Notes under the pieces: generated by a model
Database searches by the model: none
What the model was told of the DNA's origin: nothing
The model's input: the letters and a program-made list of their open reading frames with translations, nothing else
Program-made: the position numbers and the translations under genes
Part shown: piece after piece, positions 11,300 through 23,311 of the stretch
Layout of the letters: each line of letters opens with the position of its first letter
How positions within the stretch are numbered: position 1 is the stretch's first letter
Source: Takakia lepidozioides
Lineage: Eukaryota > Plantae > Bryophyta
Direction of reading: 5' to 3'
Assembly: GCA_030704615.1 (NCBI GenBank)
Contig: CM060731.1
Span: 86,428,001 to 86,492,000, forward strand
Length of the DNA stretch: 64,000 nucleotides

Positions 11300-14200
11300 A
11301 CTTGAACATCGTCATCCGGAGCTTCTTCATCCTCATCAAGCTGCAAGTCTTCTTGGTCATCGGAGTCATCGTCATAAATGGCCCGGCCCTCAAAAGGCAC
11401 CTCCGAATCATCCTCCACCTCGTTGTCAATGGCCGTGTCTTCGTCTCCTTCTCCAACATCCGTATCTTCTGGAGCTTCATCATATAGGGCCAGGATGCAT
11501 TGTCTGGGGCGTCATCATCCTCTTCTACCCCCTCTACCCAACCTCCATCATCAGCATCATTATGACCAGTCTCTCCGTCCACTGCAATTGCTTCACCCCA
11601 TGGAGATCCGAGACCATGATATATACGTCTTCCTCTTGGCTGAGCATGCACAACCATCTTCCAATTCCCCCCTCTTGTTTTGTCATCGGAGAAGAAAACT
11701 TGCTCCATGTCTGAAGGCCATGAAAAAGGCTCATCGGAGGGATGATGAGTAGGGTTGAGCCTATCTGCATTGACGCACATGAAACCACAATCATCTTGCA
11801 CTAGTGTTGCGGAGGGCCCCACAAGATGTGGCTAGAACCACCTTCCCTTGAAGAGAAGAGGCCGTTACCTTGTATACTGAAGTTGGAATATGCTCTCAAG
11901 CTCTCCAATGTACTCAAGTTTGCTCATAGCAGGTCGTGTATCTCCCTTGCCCCACACCGAGTCTTGCCAATATGTGGCACACAAGCCAGAATCAAAGGTG
12001 TTTTGCGCTTCATGTCAAGAGCACGAATGTGGAAATGACGACCGTGAACCCAAACCGCCGTGTATGAGGTCCCGAATTGAGAAGGGCCCCTTGCAATGTT
12101 TTGCACCAAATCTGAAACCACCTCTCATTGAGCAACGACGTCATAAACTGAAGTCCAAAGCCACTGTTGGAATGAACTTAGAGGCTGCAATTCTATGGGA
12201 AAATTTTGTGAATGAACATTCCGGCGGCCCGCTCCTCGTCGTGGTCGTCTAGTAACCGGCCTTGGATGGTTCCGCCTCCATGCAAGCGTCTCCTCCTCTC
12301 GTTGCTGAACAAGATTATTGTATCTTACCTCCCACTCATGTATGGATGGGGTGTTCTTCAGTATGAAGTCATGCGCTTGCTCAATCATCAAGCTCGGCAA
12401 TTTTACCCTCTTCGATTTTTTGGGCAAAACGATGTCCTTGGTTCGTGCATCCTCCTCTTCCTTCCACATCCAAGGGGCTTCCTCATCCACCCTTGCCATG
12501 TACTCCATGCAATAGAACATAGCTTCTTGCAACGTATACCCCTCCGCCATGCTACCCTCCGGGTACGCCATTTGTCTTACAAATCCTTTCAAAGTCTTCA
12601 GTACATCCACCGAGAATGAGCAGGGCCGGCAATCAAAGCCTCTTCCACTAAGTGCACTACCAAGTGCACTTGGATATCAAAGAAGGATGGAGAAAGGTGC
12701 ATCTCCAACATACACATTACCTTCGCCGCCTCCTTCTTCATGCGTGGAAAATCCGCTTCTTCCAACTCTTTGGAGCAAATCCACCGGAACAAGCCTCCCA
12801 ATATAGATTGTCTCACGAACCTCGGGAGTCAATGTCCCACGTACTGCAATGGGCAAGATGTCTTGCAATAGATTGTGGTAGTCATGAGACTTCAAACCAT
12901 GGACCCCGTCTTCTTCGCTGAATTTCGTACGGAGGGATGACCCATAACCAGTTGGTGTTCGGACAACACTTATGGTGGCTATCACTTTCTTGTATTCCTC
13001 CTTTCTCCATTGCCAAGGTGCGCGCCTATACCTCCACCGTACAACACCCTTTGGATCCACACCATTTTGTTCGGCCCATAAATGGCGCATGCGACCCTGC
13101 TCCTCAAGCTCCTTTCTAACACCGAGAGAATCTCTTTTTGTAGCCACTCCCTTCTTTGCTGGCGTGCCATGAAGAACCCGAAAAATGGACGAGCAGACAT
13201 TCTTCTCAATATGCATGGGATCTAGAAGATAGCGAATCTTCAGGTCCTATATTTATCCCCACCCACAAAGACTTACACAAATTTTTTTACGTGAAAGTGA
13301 CAATGCAACGTATACCAAATGTGCAATATCACATGCATGCATAGGGATATTGACGGTGTTTTTGTGGAATATGTACCGCCCAATATGGCAACTCGTAGAA
13401 GATTGAAAGTCGTTTCATGCAGGGCACGTCCACTTCACCGTCCGTGCCCGCATAGGCCTCCTTCCATCAGTCCTCCCAATACTGCCCAGACGGTGTCATG
13501 GGGGGGGGGGGGGGGGGTACTTCCTCTTTGCCATCAAACAAGTGTTTCTCTCTTCTTCTCCATCGATGGCTCATAGGAAGAAATTTGCGGTAGTTGGGAT
13601 ACACCATCTTGTGAAGATGGCGGGAGCTATGTGCATCAAGATCATCGCCACAATGCAAGCATGTATGGTACCCTTTGGTGCTTAGCCCCGAGCAAACAGT
13701 TAGTCTTGTACTACACACCCCGCCACATTAGCAAAAACAAAAAGTTGTCATGTGCATGGCCCATAATGCCATCTACCCCACTACGATGCACAAGACTGTC
13801 GTCGTTACTTCAATCAATCCCAATCCTCATCGATATTATCCAGCATTGACAAGTGAATGTACGGGGGTTGTTCATGGGGAACATAATATACCTGGATAAT
13901 CATGCATTGTCCAAAGCAAGATGCCTCTCATCTGAAAAGATTGTCCGGCCATAGGGTCAAGTGAAGCATCCAATGCCGGGAACCCCCTCTATAGCTCCTT
14001 AAGTTCATCAACAAAAGGTCGCAAGTACATGTCCATGTTTGCCACTTGTTTTTTCCCTATGAGACATTCACATCATTGTTTCAATGCTCCACCAATATGC
14101 AAATTATACTACAAAATGAATTACACGTCTTACTCCATGATTATGTCACTTATCAATCTTGCATCCGAATTGCGTCAGAGATCATAAGTTTAATGTAAAG

Positions 14201-15400
14201 TCTAAGGCAATAATAAACATGAAATGAGTACACTCACCTGGCACAATGGCAGCCAACATGATACGGCCTTTTTTAATTGAAAGATACGGAGGGATGTTGT
14301 AATTCACCACCAAGAGAAAAGGCCATATCTCTTCAATATGTCTCCATGCTTGTGAATCTTGTGGCCTGCACACCTTTCTCGGGGGGCTCCGATGCGAGGC
14401 GTGCCATCTCATGAGTCTGGCCAATTCGGGGCTTCGGTACTGTGCCCTCAATCGTTGGATGATCGGAAAGTAATGCATTTTCTAGGATGAAATACCCCAC
14501 GCCCCCCACATGTAATCATCCCATTAGCACACATAATACAACACCCTTATGCCTTTCCCTTTATGCAGCTTCTCCTTCATTTGGGTGTAAATGGTCAAAA
14601 CCGAACGTCGCTCCTTCCACTCCTCACTCACTCCTTCCAAAACCACAATCAGATCTTGCATGAGTACTACTCTCTAAACCCTAAACTTTGTGGAATACAC
14701 TTTACATACATTGAGAAGATTAAAAAAAAGTAATCTCCATGTGAGGAGGAATGACGCTTATACCTTGCGTGGTATTTTTTTTTCCCTTGGACATCATCCC
14801 GAAATTGGTCTTTCTTGCACTTTGGGCGTTTGGTGAGACGCGAATCCTCTCCGTAGTATAGGGTTTTATTACATGGACATGCATGAAAAATCTTATAGCC
14901 CATCCCCACAAATCCAAGACTTCGCGCGCCTCTTTCCGCGACCGTGGCATCTTGGGTTTCAAGTGTGGAGCAAGGATATAGTCTGCAATAGTTCGCATTA
15001 TGGCAGACATCCCAACATTACTTATACCAAATCGAATTTGAAGATTGAGCAAAAGTAAGATTGTTGAAAGTCGACTCACTTTCGCCCCTTCGTACAAGGG
15101 AGTTCTCGCCTCTCTCTCCATGTCATTTGAGGGGGCCATTTCAGGATCATCGATTGGCCGGATTCCCTCTTCATGGGATGCATCAACGCCCACATGATGC
15201 ATTAAGATATCCTCCATGGCTTGCACATCCTCCTGGTTAATTCCATGCTCATTGTTGTTGTCACTGTCACTGTCACTGTCATTGTCATCATCGTCCGGTA
15301 CCGTGGGAGCGGCGTCTTGCCCACGGCTCCCGCCTGATGTACTTGGGTTGTTTTCGGATGGGGTGCCAAGAGAAAGGACCGGGAAGGGATGGACAAAGTC
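11300..15400 (-). pseudogene. CACTA TnpD transposase (Transposase_21, DUF4218, DUF4216), multi-exon, frameshifted
   Basis: HACPC, HYFPIIQRL, WTMHDYP, KGYHTCLHC, MHIEKNV, LKSHDYH, PSFFDIQVHLVVHL, RWMY, PEGSMAEGY, DEPF...QVFF. Confidence 0.93.
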
Positions 15401-16419
15401 CTGATACAAACAAATGAACATAGGGACATATATTATAATGTGTCATTGCAACCATACACTTCATTATAAGCGAATGCAAACAACAACCTTCAATGTGTGC
15501 GTGCATCAAATATGTCATTCAATAATTACATGTATGTGCGCAACGTACACGCATGCAAAGTTTCAAACCCAAACAAAATCATTTGCCCCCCCAATGATGC
15601 ATTCACCCTATCAACCAATTTTTGTTTATTAATGTGAAAGAAAATCCTCTCATGCCATTGCACCCAACAAACGGATGTGGCTCAAGCTTCATTTTTTCCT
15701 ACATGTGCTTAAATATGTGTGCAACACCTGTACAAAGATCCAGCAGAAAAAAAAAACATTTGCCTCCCCAACGACGCACTCACCCTTGCACCAATTTTGA
15801 GTTAAATCGAATTTAAATGAATTTAAAATAATTTTTTACATTTAGAAAATATATGATTGCGGTTTTGAGGGGCGTAATGATTTTATTTTTAGCTCTATTT
15901 TGTTCTATGACATCGGGCTTTGCACCACTACATCCATGCAAAACATTGGACAAAAAAAAATGGAAAAAAAATAAGTGTGTTTCTAGGGTCATTTTTGCAA
16001 AACTCTCTATGAAGAGTGCATAAAGTTGAAGATAACTCAACTTTGGAGTGCAAATGAGAGAACAAAATCTGGTTATGGGTCCAAATGACTTTTGTTTACT
16101 CCCAAATTTTGCACGCACATTGCATATGCTATCATTAAGCATATGGCTTGAAAATGAAAAAAAATAAAAATCATCTGCAGGCGAAACGTAATTTTCCGTC
16201 TCTATGACACGTAGATGCGTTCAACACTAGAATGACTCCTTGAATCAACTTGGTTCAAGCTCATATTTGGTCCACATGTGCATAAGTATGTTTAGATCAC
16301 ATATGCAAAGTTGCAACCCACATGAGCAACAAGAAATTTTTTTACATCAATCGATTAATCGGATGTATACAAAGTACATCATGAGAATATCTACAATGCC
16401 CTTCTACGCGATCCCTGTC

Positions 16420-18090
16420 TCAAAGGAACCCTATTTCTATCATACACATCCACTCACGCTGTAATCGGGGGTCCCAATTATCCCGTGAGAACTCGTATGA
16501 TGCAAATAGTTCGCTGCCAACTCTAATAGTCTTACTAGCACATGTCATCATAAACATGTGCATCCCCTCACAGTATACTGACGTATGACCACAAAAGCTC
16601 TCATGCCCATCGCTTCATTCGTCCCATACTACATTGGTTCTCCTAGGATGACCAAAAGAACTATTGACTAGCCCAGCAACATTGCCGAAGATGTCGGGGT
16701 CACCATCACAAAATCTGATCTCAATGGGAGACAACCCCCGTCTACGTACATCCTGTCCGTTGACACACAAAATGTAGGGTATGATGTATGGGGCTTCGAG
16801 GCGTAATGTACGGAACTCCGCGGAGGTGTAGTATAGACCGTAGTAGGGAAACAAGTCCACCATGCTGTTTCTCCGAGAAGGAACCACAATATCATTGACC
16901 GTGAATAAACCCCGACCCATAGCAGGGTCTGTAGCGGCTCTCACAATATACCGTCTCCCCCAATACTCGAACTCCACATTTTCTCGGAGTAGGAGGGTCG
17001 AGATGATTCCCCCAACAACGAGGTTGGACGGTCCTCATAACATAGTCCTATGCACTTCCCATCGGGGGCGAGGATCCGGCTCAGGCCGCCCAAGCCGAAG
17101 GGGACGAAACTTAGGGCGAAGCCGACCCCTCCTAGGGGTTCGGGGGGCACATGCACGTGGAGGTGGAGGTGGAGGTGGTACTGCTGGCGGAGGAGATGAA
17201 AGTGGAGGTGGAGGTGGTACTGCTGGCGGAGGAGATGAAAGTGGAGGTGGTTGAGGATGTAATGTCGGAGGTGTAGCCAGGGGTACAACGTCCGGATCAG
17301 GTACTACCGGAGGTGGATCAGACAAAGAAACAGACGAGGGGGGGGGGGGGGGGGGCTGCTCGTCGCCAGCCATAACACCTACGACACCTACGATACCTCT
17401 CGACCCTACGCATCTCATTTACGTGCTGCTGGGGGAACCAACTGGTCACATCGGGCACATGCTCTGGCACAAATTCTGCAAGTAGACCGGCGCGAAATGC
17501 CTCCTGTGCAATGTGATTGCGAGCTTGGGCATCAAGTCGTGGCTGCAATATACGTAGTGAACGATGCATCAATACTTATGTCGTAATTTGGATTCATGTA
17601 TGCTTATCAATCATACTATATTATTAGATAAACCTAAATGTACCTTAAATGAATGTTAATGAGAGGGGTGGGAAAAACACTCACCTTTGCCGCATCCGCA
17701 ATCTTGTTTTTCTTGTAATATTTTTCGACAACATGCGGTCGCCGCCTCAATGGTCTGGTGCCGCCCGGCGGTATCCATTCCCAACACTTAGTGCACCAAC
17801 ACTCAATCCTGTCGGGGGGGGGGGGGGGGGTCAAAGGTGGACGTGGTTGGACGGGGTGGCCCGCGAGGGGGCAACCCGCGGCGCGCCCGACTCGATCTTG
17901 GAGTGTCAATATCCTCCGCATCACCTGAAATTTGGCCCCGGTCCCTTCTACGATTGTGCCCGGCAACCTGTATTGGATCAGGTGCAATGGGTGGCTTCTC
18001 GCCACGAAAAACAGTCGCTCTAGGGCCACAATCGATATGTGGTACTACCTCCCTATCCTCGAGGGAGACGGGTCGATGTTTCCTCACCAT
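16420..18090 (-). pseudogene. CACTA accessory gene, second subfamily: Zn-motif exon, Pro-rich linker, SET domain
   Basis: IECWCTKCW...ADAAK|GTGAG, same donor position as element 1. MGRGLF...NVAGLVNSS...NVVWDE*...CASKTIRVGSELFASY, with one in-frame TGA at 16615. Confidence 0.8.
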
Positions 18091-18199
18091 CGCATCCTCA
18101 TTAACACACACCACCAACACTTTCATTTCTCAAAAACCGTTGGCGAAAAAACCCTATGCCTCAGCCTCGGGGCTTTCAAAATTGGTAACCAAAGGTGGA

Positions 18200-20117
18200 G
18201 CATCGTCCGTTCCTCCTATTTTACATGTTCTTTCCTCATCATCATCGCCATCTCGGCCATCTCGGCCAGTACTACCTCCACACGAGAGCCCTCATACCAA
18301 CCTACGTGTCCCTTCCCCTCCATTGCCGAGACCACAGCCGCCACCGAGTCCGTATCCGGGTCCTCCGGCACAACCCGGATGGATCCCACCACCTTTGGGG
18401 ACTGTGTATGACTGGGACCGATGGATCACTAGGTTCCCACTCCGGGAGAAGGGCCTCCGAAGTGATGGACGGGCGCCGTCCCCTAGGAGAGGTGGACCGA
18501 AGTTGTTTCGCACGTTTGGTCCGCGCCTTTGCCAGCCTGATGACGGCACCATACGTCATCGTGGTGCTAGGGAGCTATTCACGATGGGATTCCCGAGGGT
18601 GAGCTCTTTCTTTTTTGGGGTCGCATGCATTGCGTGATGGACCCTAGTATGGGTCGCGGACTTTTTTTGATGGAGGATGTAGTTTTGGGGAGATGAGAGG
18701 ATTCTATGGATTTGTTCCCCTATTTTGGGCCGAGGTACACCCACCGGGAGTGGCAGTTATTGCAGACACACGGCCTTGGGTCCTTGATCGATCCTTACAT
18801 CCTTGTTGTGAACGACAATGATGTAAGGGCGAGAAATTTGGGCCGCAAAGCCCATATTTATTGTGACGAAAACCTCGATGTGTACGGCAACGTGGCTGGG
18901 CTCATCAACAGTTCAGTTACCTTACCGCTGGGCCACACCGCCAACGTGTTTTGGGATGAGCGCCATAACGGGGATAGTAGATTGGACCCTAACATCACCA
19001 CTTCTGTGATGACATGTGCGAGGAGGACCATTAGGGCTGGAGAGGAGTTGTTTGCAGAGTATGACTTTAGGCGTTAGCCGAGTTTCATCATGTGTAGATG
19101 GACGTAGGAGGACATTTTGTACATTGAGGTGGCTTCCTCCACCGTGTATATATATACATAGGCATTGATGTGTATTTGGGTGCATTTTTTCATGCTATAT
19201 TCAAGGGAGTTTGGGTGGACGTTATAGGTGAATTTGGGTATTTTGAATTATATAGTGTCTCCTTCATGTGGTGAAGCAATGTATGTATTCCCCTCGTGTG
19301 TATAATGTGTACTTTGGGTTTTATCCCGTATGATAATGAACAACACCATGTATGGAAACTGATAATGACATGGTTATTTTTGGCATCTTAGGATGCCGGC
19401 CACAACCCCACGACGTTAATTCATGAAGTTCATGATCTTGTCATGAACCGGGATTTTGTTCATTCAGAGGGGGTGCGTGTCAAAGGGACCCGACCCCGTC
19501 TGACATGGCGGTCTCCGATGATGAGGACAACAATGACAATGGAATTATGCATGAGGATGTGGCAGCAATGGAGGATCTCTTAATGCATCAAATGGTAGAT
19601 GAGGACACGGACTCTTTGAATGACATGGAAAAAGAAGCCAAAACTCCCTTACACAAAGGGGCCAAAGTGAGTAGACTTTCAACCATCTTGTTGTTGTTGA
19701 ATTTGCAAATCCGGTTTGGCATAAACAATATGGGTATGTCCGCCATAATGCGGACTATTGCGGACTACATCCTTGCCCCACATTTGAAGCCGAGAATGCC
19801 ACGATCCAGAAAAGAGGCAAGAGCAGCCTTGGATACTGTGGGGATGGGCTATAAGATTTTTCATGCATGTCCATGTGATAAAACCCTGTACTACGGAGAG
19901 GATGCGAAACTCACCAAGTGTCCAAAGTGCAACAAAGACCGATATCGAGATGATGTTCAAGGGAAGAAAGCCCCGCGCAAGGTATACCCGCGCCACAATA
20001 CACTTGTATATTGCATTCTACCTTTTTGCAACTGCTACAAGACGTAAGGTTTTATTTAGAGATATAAGTGACATTGATTATGATATGGGGCCGACATGGG
20101 GATGGTGCCAGAAAATG
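18200..20117 (+). repeat. Near-identical direct duplicate of 7292-9204 (third SET copy at about 18637-19077 plus TnpD 5' exon 19505-20047)
   Basis: Starts gcatcgtccgttcctcctattttac and ends ccagaaaatg in both copies; differences are a few SNPs and small indels. Confidence 0.95.
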
Positions 20118-21275
20118 TCTGTGTGACATGGCGATGGTGTCAAGTCTGTGCTTCCAATTCTCAATTGGATTACTGGCATAGAATCATCAAAGTCCATGAC
20201 TGGAGAAGAGGACTTGATGAGGAGCAGGATGCCATCTGTTTGCTGCACACCCAGAGTGGGAGTAGGTTGCAGAAATGCAACTGCTTTAATTAGAATTAAG
20301 TACATCCAGCCTAACTTCATCCAGAGTCTACCTACCCTCCGTTCATCCGTCAGAGCGGAATAAAAGCAAGGGGGGAACCTCAGCATAGGCTTTATGCCAA
20401 CAACTTTGTGTATACCGCTAACTTAGCCTTTGCTATCGGTCGGATTCACAAACCCAGCCTGGAAGTATGCAAATTTGAGACTGACATCTCGTCAGAGGGC
20501 TTCATCTGAAAATCAGGTGTGGAGGCGCAATACTATGGACATCTCCCCCAAGAATAGTTCAGGACTGGGCTGTCAATGTCCATTAAGCCTCCCTGAATTG
20601 CCAGACTTTGCCACGTTCTTTGATCCTCAGTACTACGAACAGAGTCGAGGCTGAAGTCATAGGGAAGGGGTTTGTGGATTTGTGACAAGCTATGACAACC
20701 ATGGTGGCTCTTTTCACATCTGTGCCCGTTCCAGCAGTCCTGCAATGGAAGTCTGAGGGAAATACTTCCCACCAACAGTCCAGTAAGAAGGCAGTGACAA
20801 CGTTCTTCTCAACGCGGCCGAACCTGCTTTTGCAGATTGTTAAAGGGGCATGGAACAGTAACAGAGACAGTCTGGCATGCCATCGAGGGCTTATTCGATG
20901 TAAGGTGGTCTTTCTCACCGTGATGATCAATTGGAAGTTGGGGCCATGCTGGCTGAAGAATATGTGATAACTTGATTTATTTGCCTGTTGCTCGCTTGGG
21001 CATACAACATTTGGCATTGAGATGACCCGCAGCCAACAGCTAAGTGGCATGTTCATGGTGGTACCGAGAATTGTTTACTAGATTGCTGCTCAAACTCGTT
21101 CAGTTGTTGACCAACTTTTGGCAATCAGTTGATGTCAGTGACGTGGTTGTAAAGGACATATTTCTGGCCCTGTGGGAAAGAGAAGGGGAGGGTGGTAGTA
21201 TCGCTAAGCATCCTAAGAAATACAAGCATGGCTCGTTTGCTTTTAGATTCTGAGAGTGTGTGTGGGTGTGAACAG

Positions 21276-22639
21276 GCTGACTCCAGCAGGAACCCAGATG
21301 GGGGAGAGGCATGGGTGGCAGATAATGATGCAGTTGTGCGTGGCATGCCACTGCTGCTGGGATGGGTATCATTGGTGGCGGTCCTCCTTAACCGCAGTCT
21401 GTCAGGCATTGCCCCTGTTGCTGATGCCAGCAGGTTTTATCTTCACTCTTTATTGTTTTGCTTTCCAATCTGTCTATGGTTATATAGTCAACCCATGAGC
21501 ATGTTATCCTCCAAGCTGGAAACTGAGACATGCAATCTGTCTGGCATGGGCTGGTGTAATGGTGATGAAATGAAGGACCCTGAGAGAAACCGGGGTGGAG
21601 TTTTGGAGGTCTTACATGAGGTGTAGTTGCCAGTGTAGATAGATTGTATTCATTGGCTGTTCCTTCCAAACATAGAGACAGAAGAGAGTTCCACTCTAGG
21701 CTGTGAAAGTTGCGGGGTGCGTTGAAGGGGTTCATCCTCTTGGGGCAATGGGGGTGGGGACAGTGCACAATCAAGAGCGGATGTGCTGACATTCGCATTA
21801 GCAGCTACCGTGTTGTTGACAGGCCTTGTTTGGGAGTCCATCCAGCCAAAATCTGTGGTTGCTGTGCGTGCTCCCCCCTTCCTCTCCAGGCCTTTCTCTC
21901 TATTGTATCCAATGTTACCTTCTGTGCACTACTGGTACAAAATGACAGAGTAGAAAGGCCCAGCCCAGAAGAGTCTCTTTGCCTCATGTACTATATGGCT
22001 AAGAATAAGAGGTAGATTGTACAGCCCATGAAATATCATGAGACTTGATTATTGCATTTTTAGTGGGGTATTCCTGTGCACCAGTCTCCTCACGAATAAG
22101 GGGAGGCAACTTTAACCAAGACTCCACATGAACTTCGCATGGATGAACTGGGTTTTTGGGCATTGAATTGTGGGCAGGTGGAGATGGAAGGAGTAGAATG
22201 CTTCAGATTGGCATCAGGTCTGCCAGCTGATGCTGCCCAGGAGCTGCAATGGTTTGTTCTCATCAAATGTAGAGTTAAGTCAATTTGCACGTTGTTTCTT
22301 GAATCCTGTGATTAGGTGTTCCTAACCATTAGGAGGAAGGTCTACCGACCATGGGTGCCATCTAGTGATGCTTTATAAATATGTTAGATGGGGTTTCTTA
22401 TCAATTCTGTAGTGTACTGCTTGGCAACTTGGTGTCTCATACAAAGATTGGGATGAGCAGGGTTTGGGACGCTTTGAGAAGTGCAACACGGGCGCAGACT
22501 TTGGTTGTAGTGTATGGCAATAATTGTGTTCTTCAGGCAGGCCTGGCTGCTGAATTAGGGGACTCAGGCACTATATCTGTAAATGCTAGTCAACTCTTCA
22601 CTGGATCTCTCTGTCAAGTTGTTCGGGCATCGGGAAAAC
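21276..22639 (+). pseudogene. CCB4: Cofactor assembly of complex C subunit B 4 (CCB4), four internal exons; 3' exons absent
   Basis: Exons 21276-21433, 21764-21863, 22178-22251 and 22461-22639 (GT-AG) encode SLVAVLLNRSLSGIAPVADASSAQSRADVLTFALAATVLLTGLVWESIQPK...VWDALRSATRAQTLVVVY. Confidence 0.85.
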
Positions 22640-23311
22640 GTGAGTGAGTACTTCTCATGCTGTACCTTTCTGAATGTCATTCTGCCAGTATTTTTTTCTG
22701 AGAACTGAAAGGTGCAGTAGTTCTCCAACAGGGCGGCAGAGTGATACCTTTCTATGCAGCCCGTCTGCATATCCATTTAGTTCTGTTTTAGTTGGTGACT
22801 GGCGATTCTTCTTGAAAATAGACAGCGAGTTCTTTCAATGGTGTTCTGAATGCCCCACTGTTTGTGCCCATCTGAAGGAGTGTGCGTTGCAACCACATGG
22901 TCGTGACTAAGGTTTAGCTAACAAGGATTTAGATGGATACTGTAGAGAGATTGGCAAGATAAACACATGCACCTAATAGTTTGAATGGGGTAGGTAGGGG
23001 GAGAGAGAGGAAGAAACTGTTTATGTCAGCTAGACCCAGAGAGCCTATGGGACATGGAATGCATACCAGAGAAAACCAAAAGAACATGCCATGAACCCTA
23101 AATGTGGTTTGGAGATGGATGGCCTCAGATTCTCACCTAATAAGTGCACATACTAACGTTTTTTGTAAGAAAATCCAGCCTCAGAAGATTCTGGCATGGC
23201 CTATTGGAGTTAGTCGGTTGCAGGAATCATTCCTAGCAAGTACCCATTTTTATTTTCAGCACAAGTGGGAGTTAAAAGAGAAGTCAAGGGTGTATTTTTT
23301 TGGGTGGACAG

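Larger units (their letters stand above)
10330..18190 (-). mobile_element. CACTA/En-Spm element 2 (3' terminus intact, 5' terminus lost), with SET-domain gene and TnpD
   Basis: CACTACAACAAAT terminus at 10330, subterminal repeats, and TnpD and SET genes on the minus strand. Confidence 0.9.
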
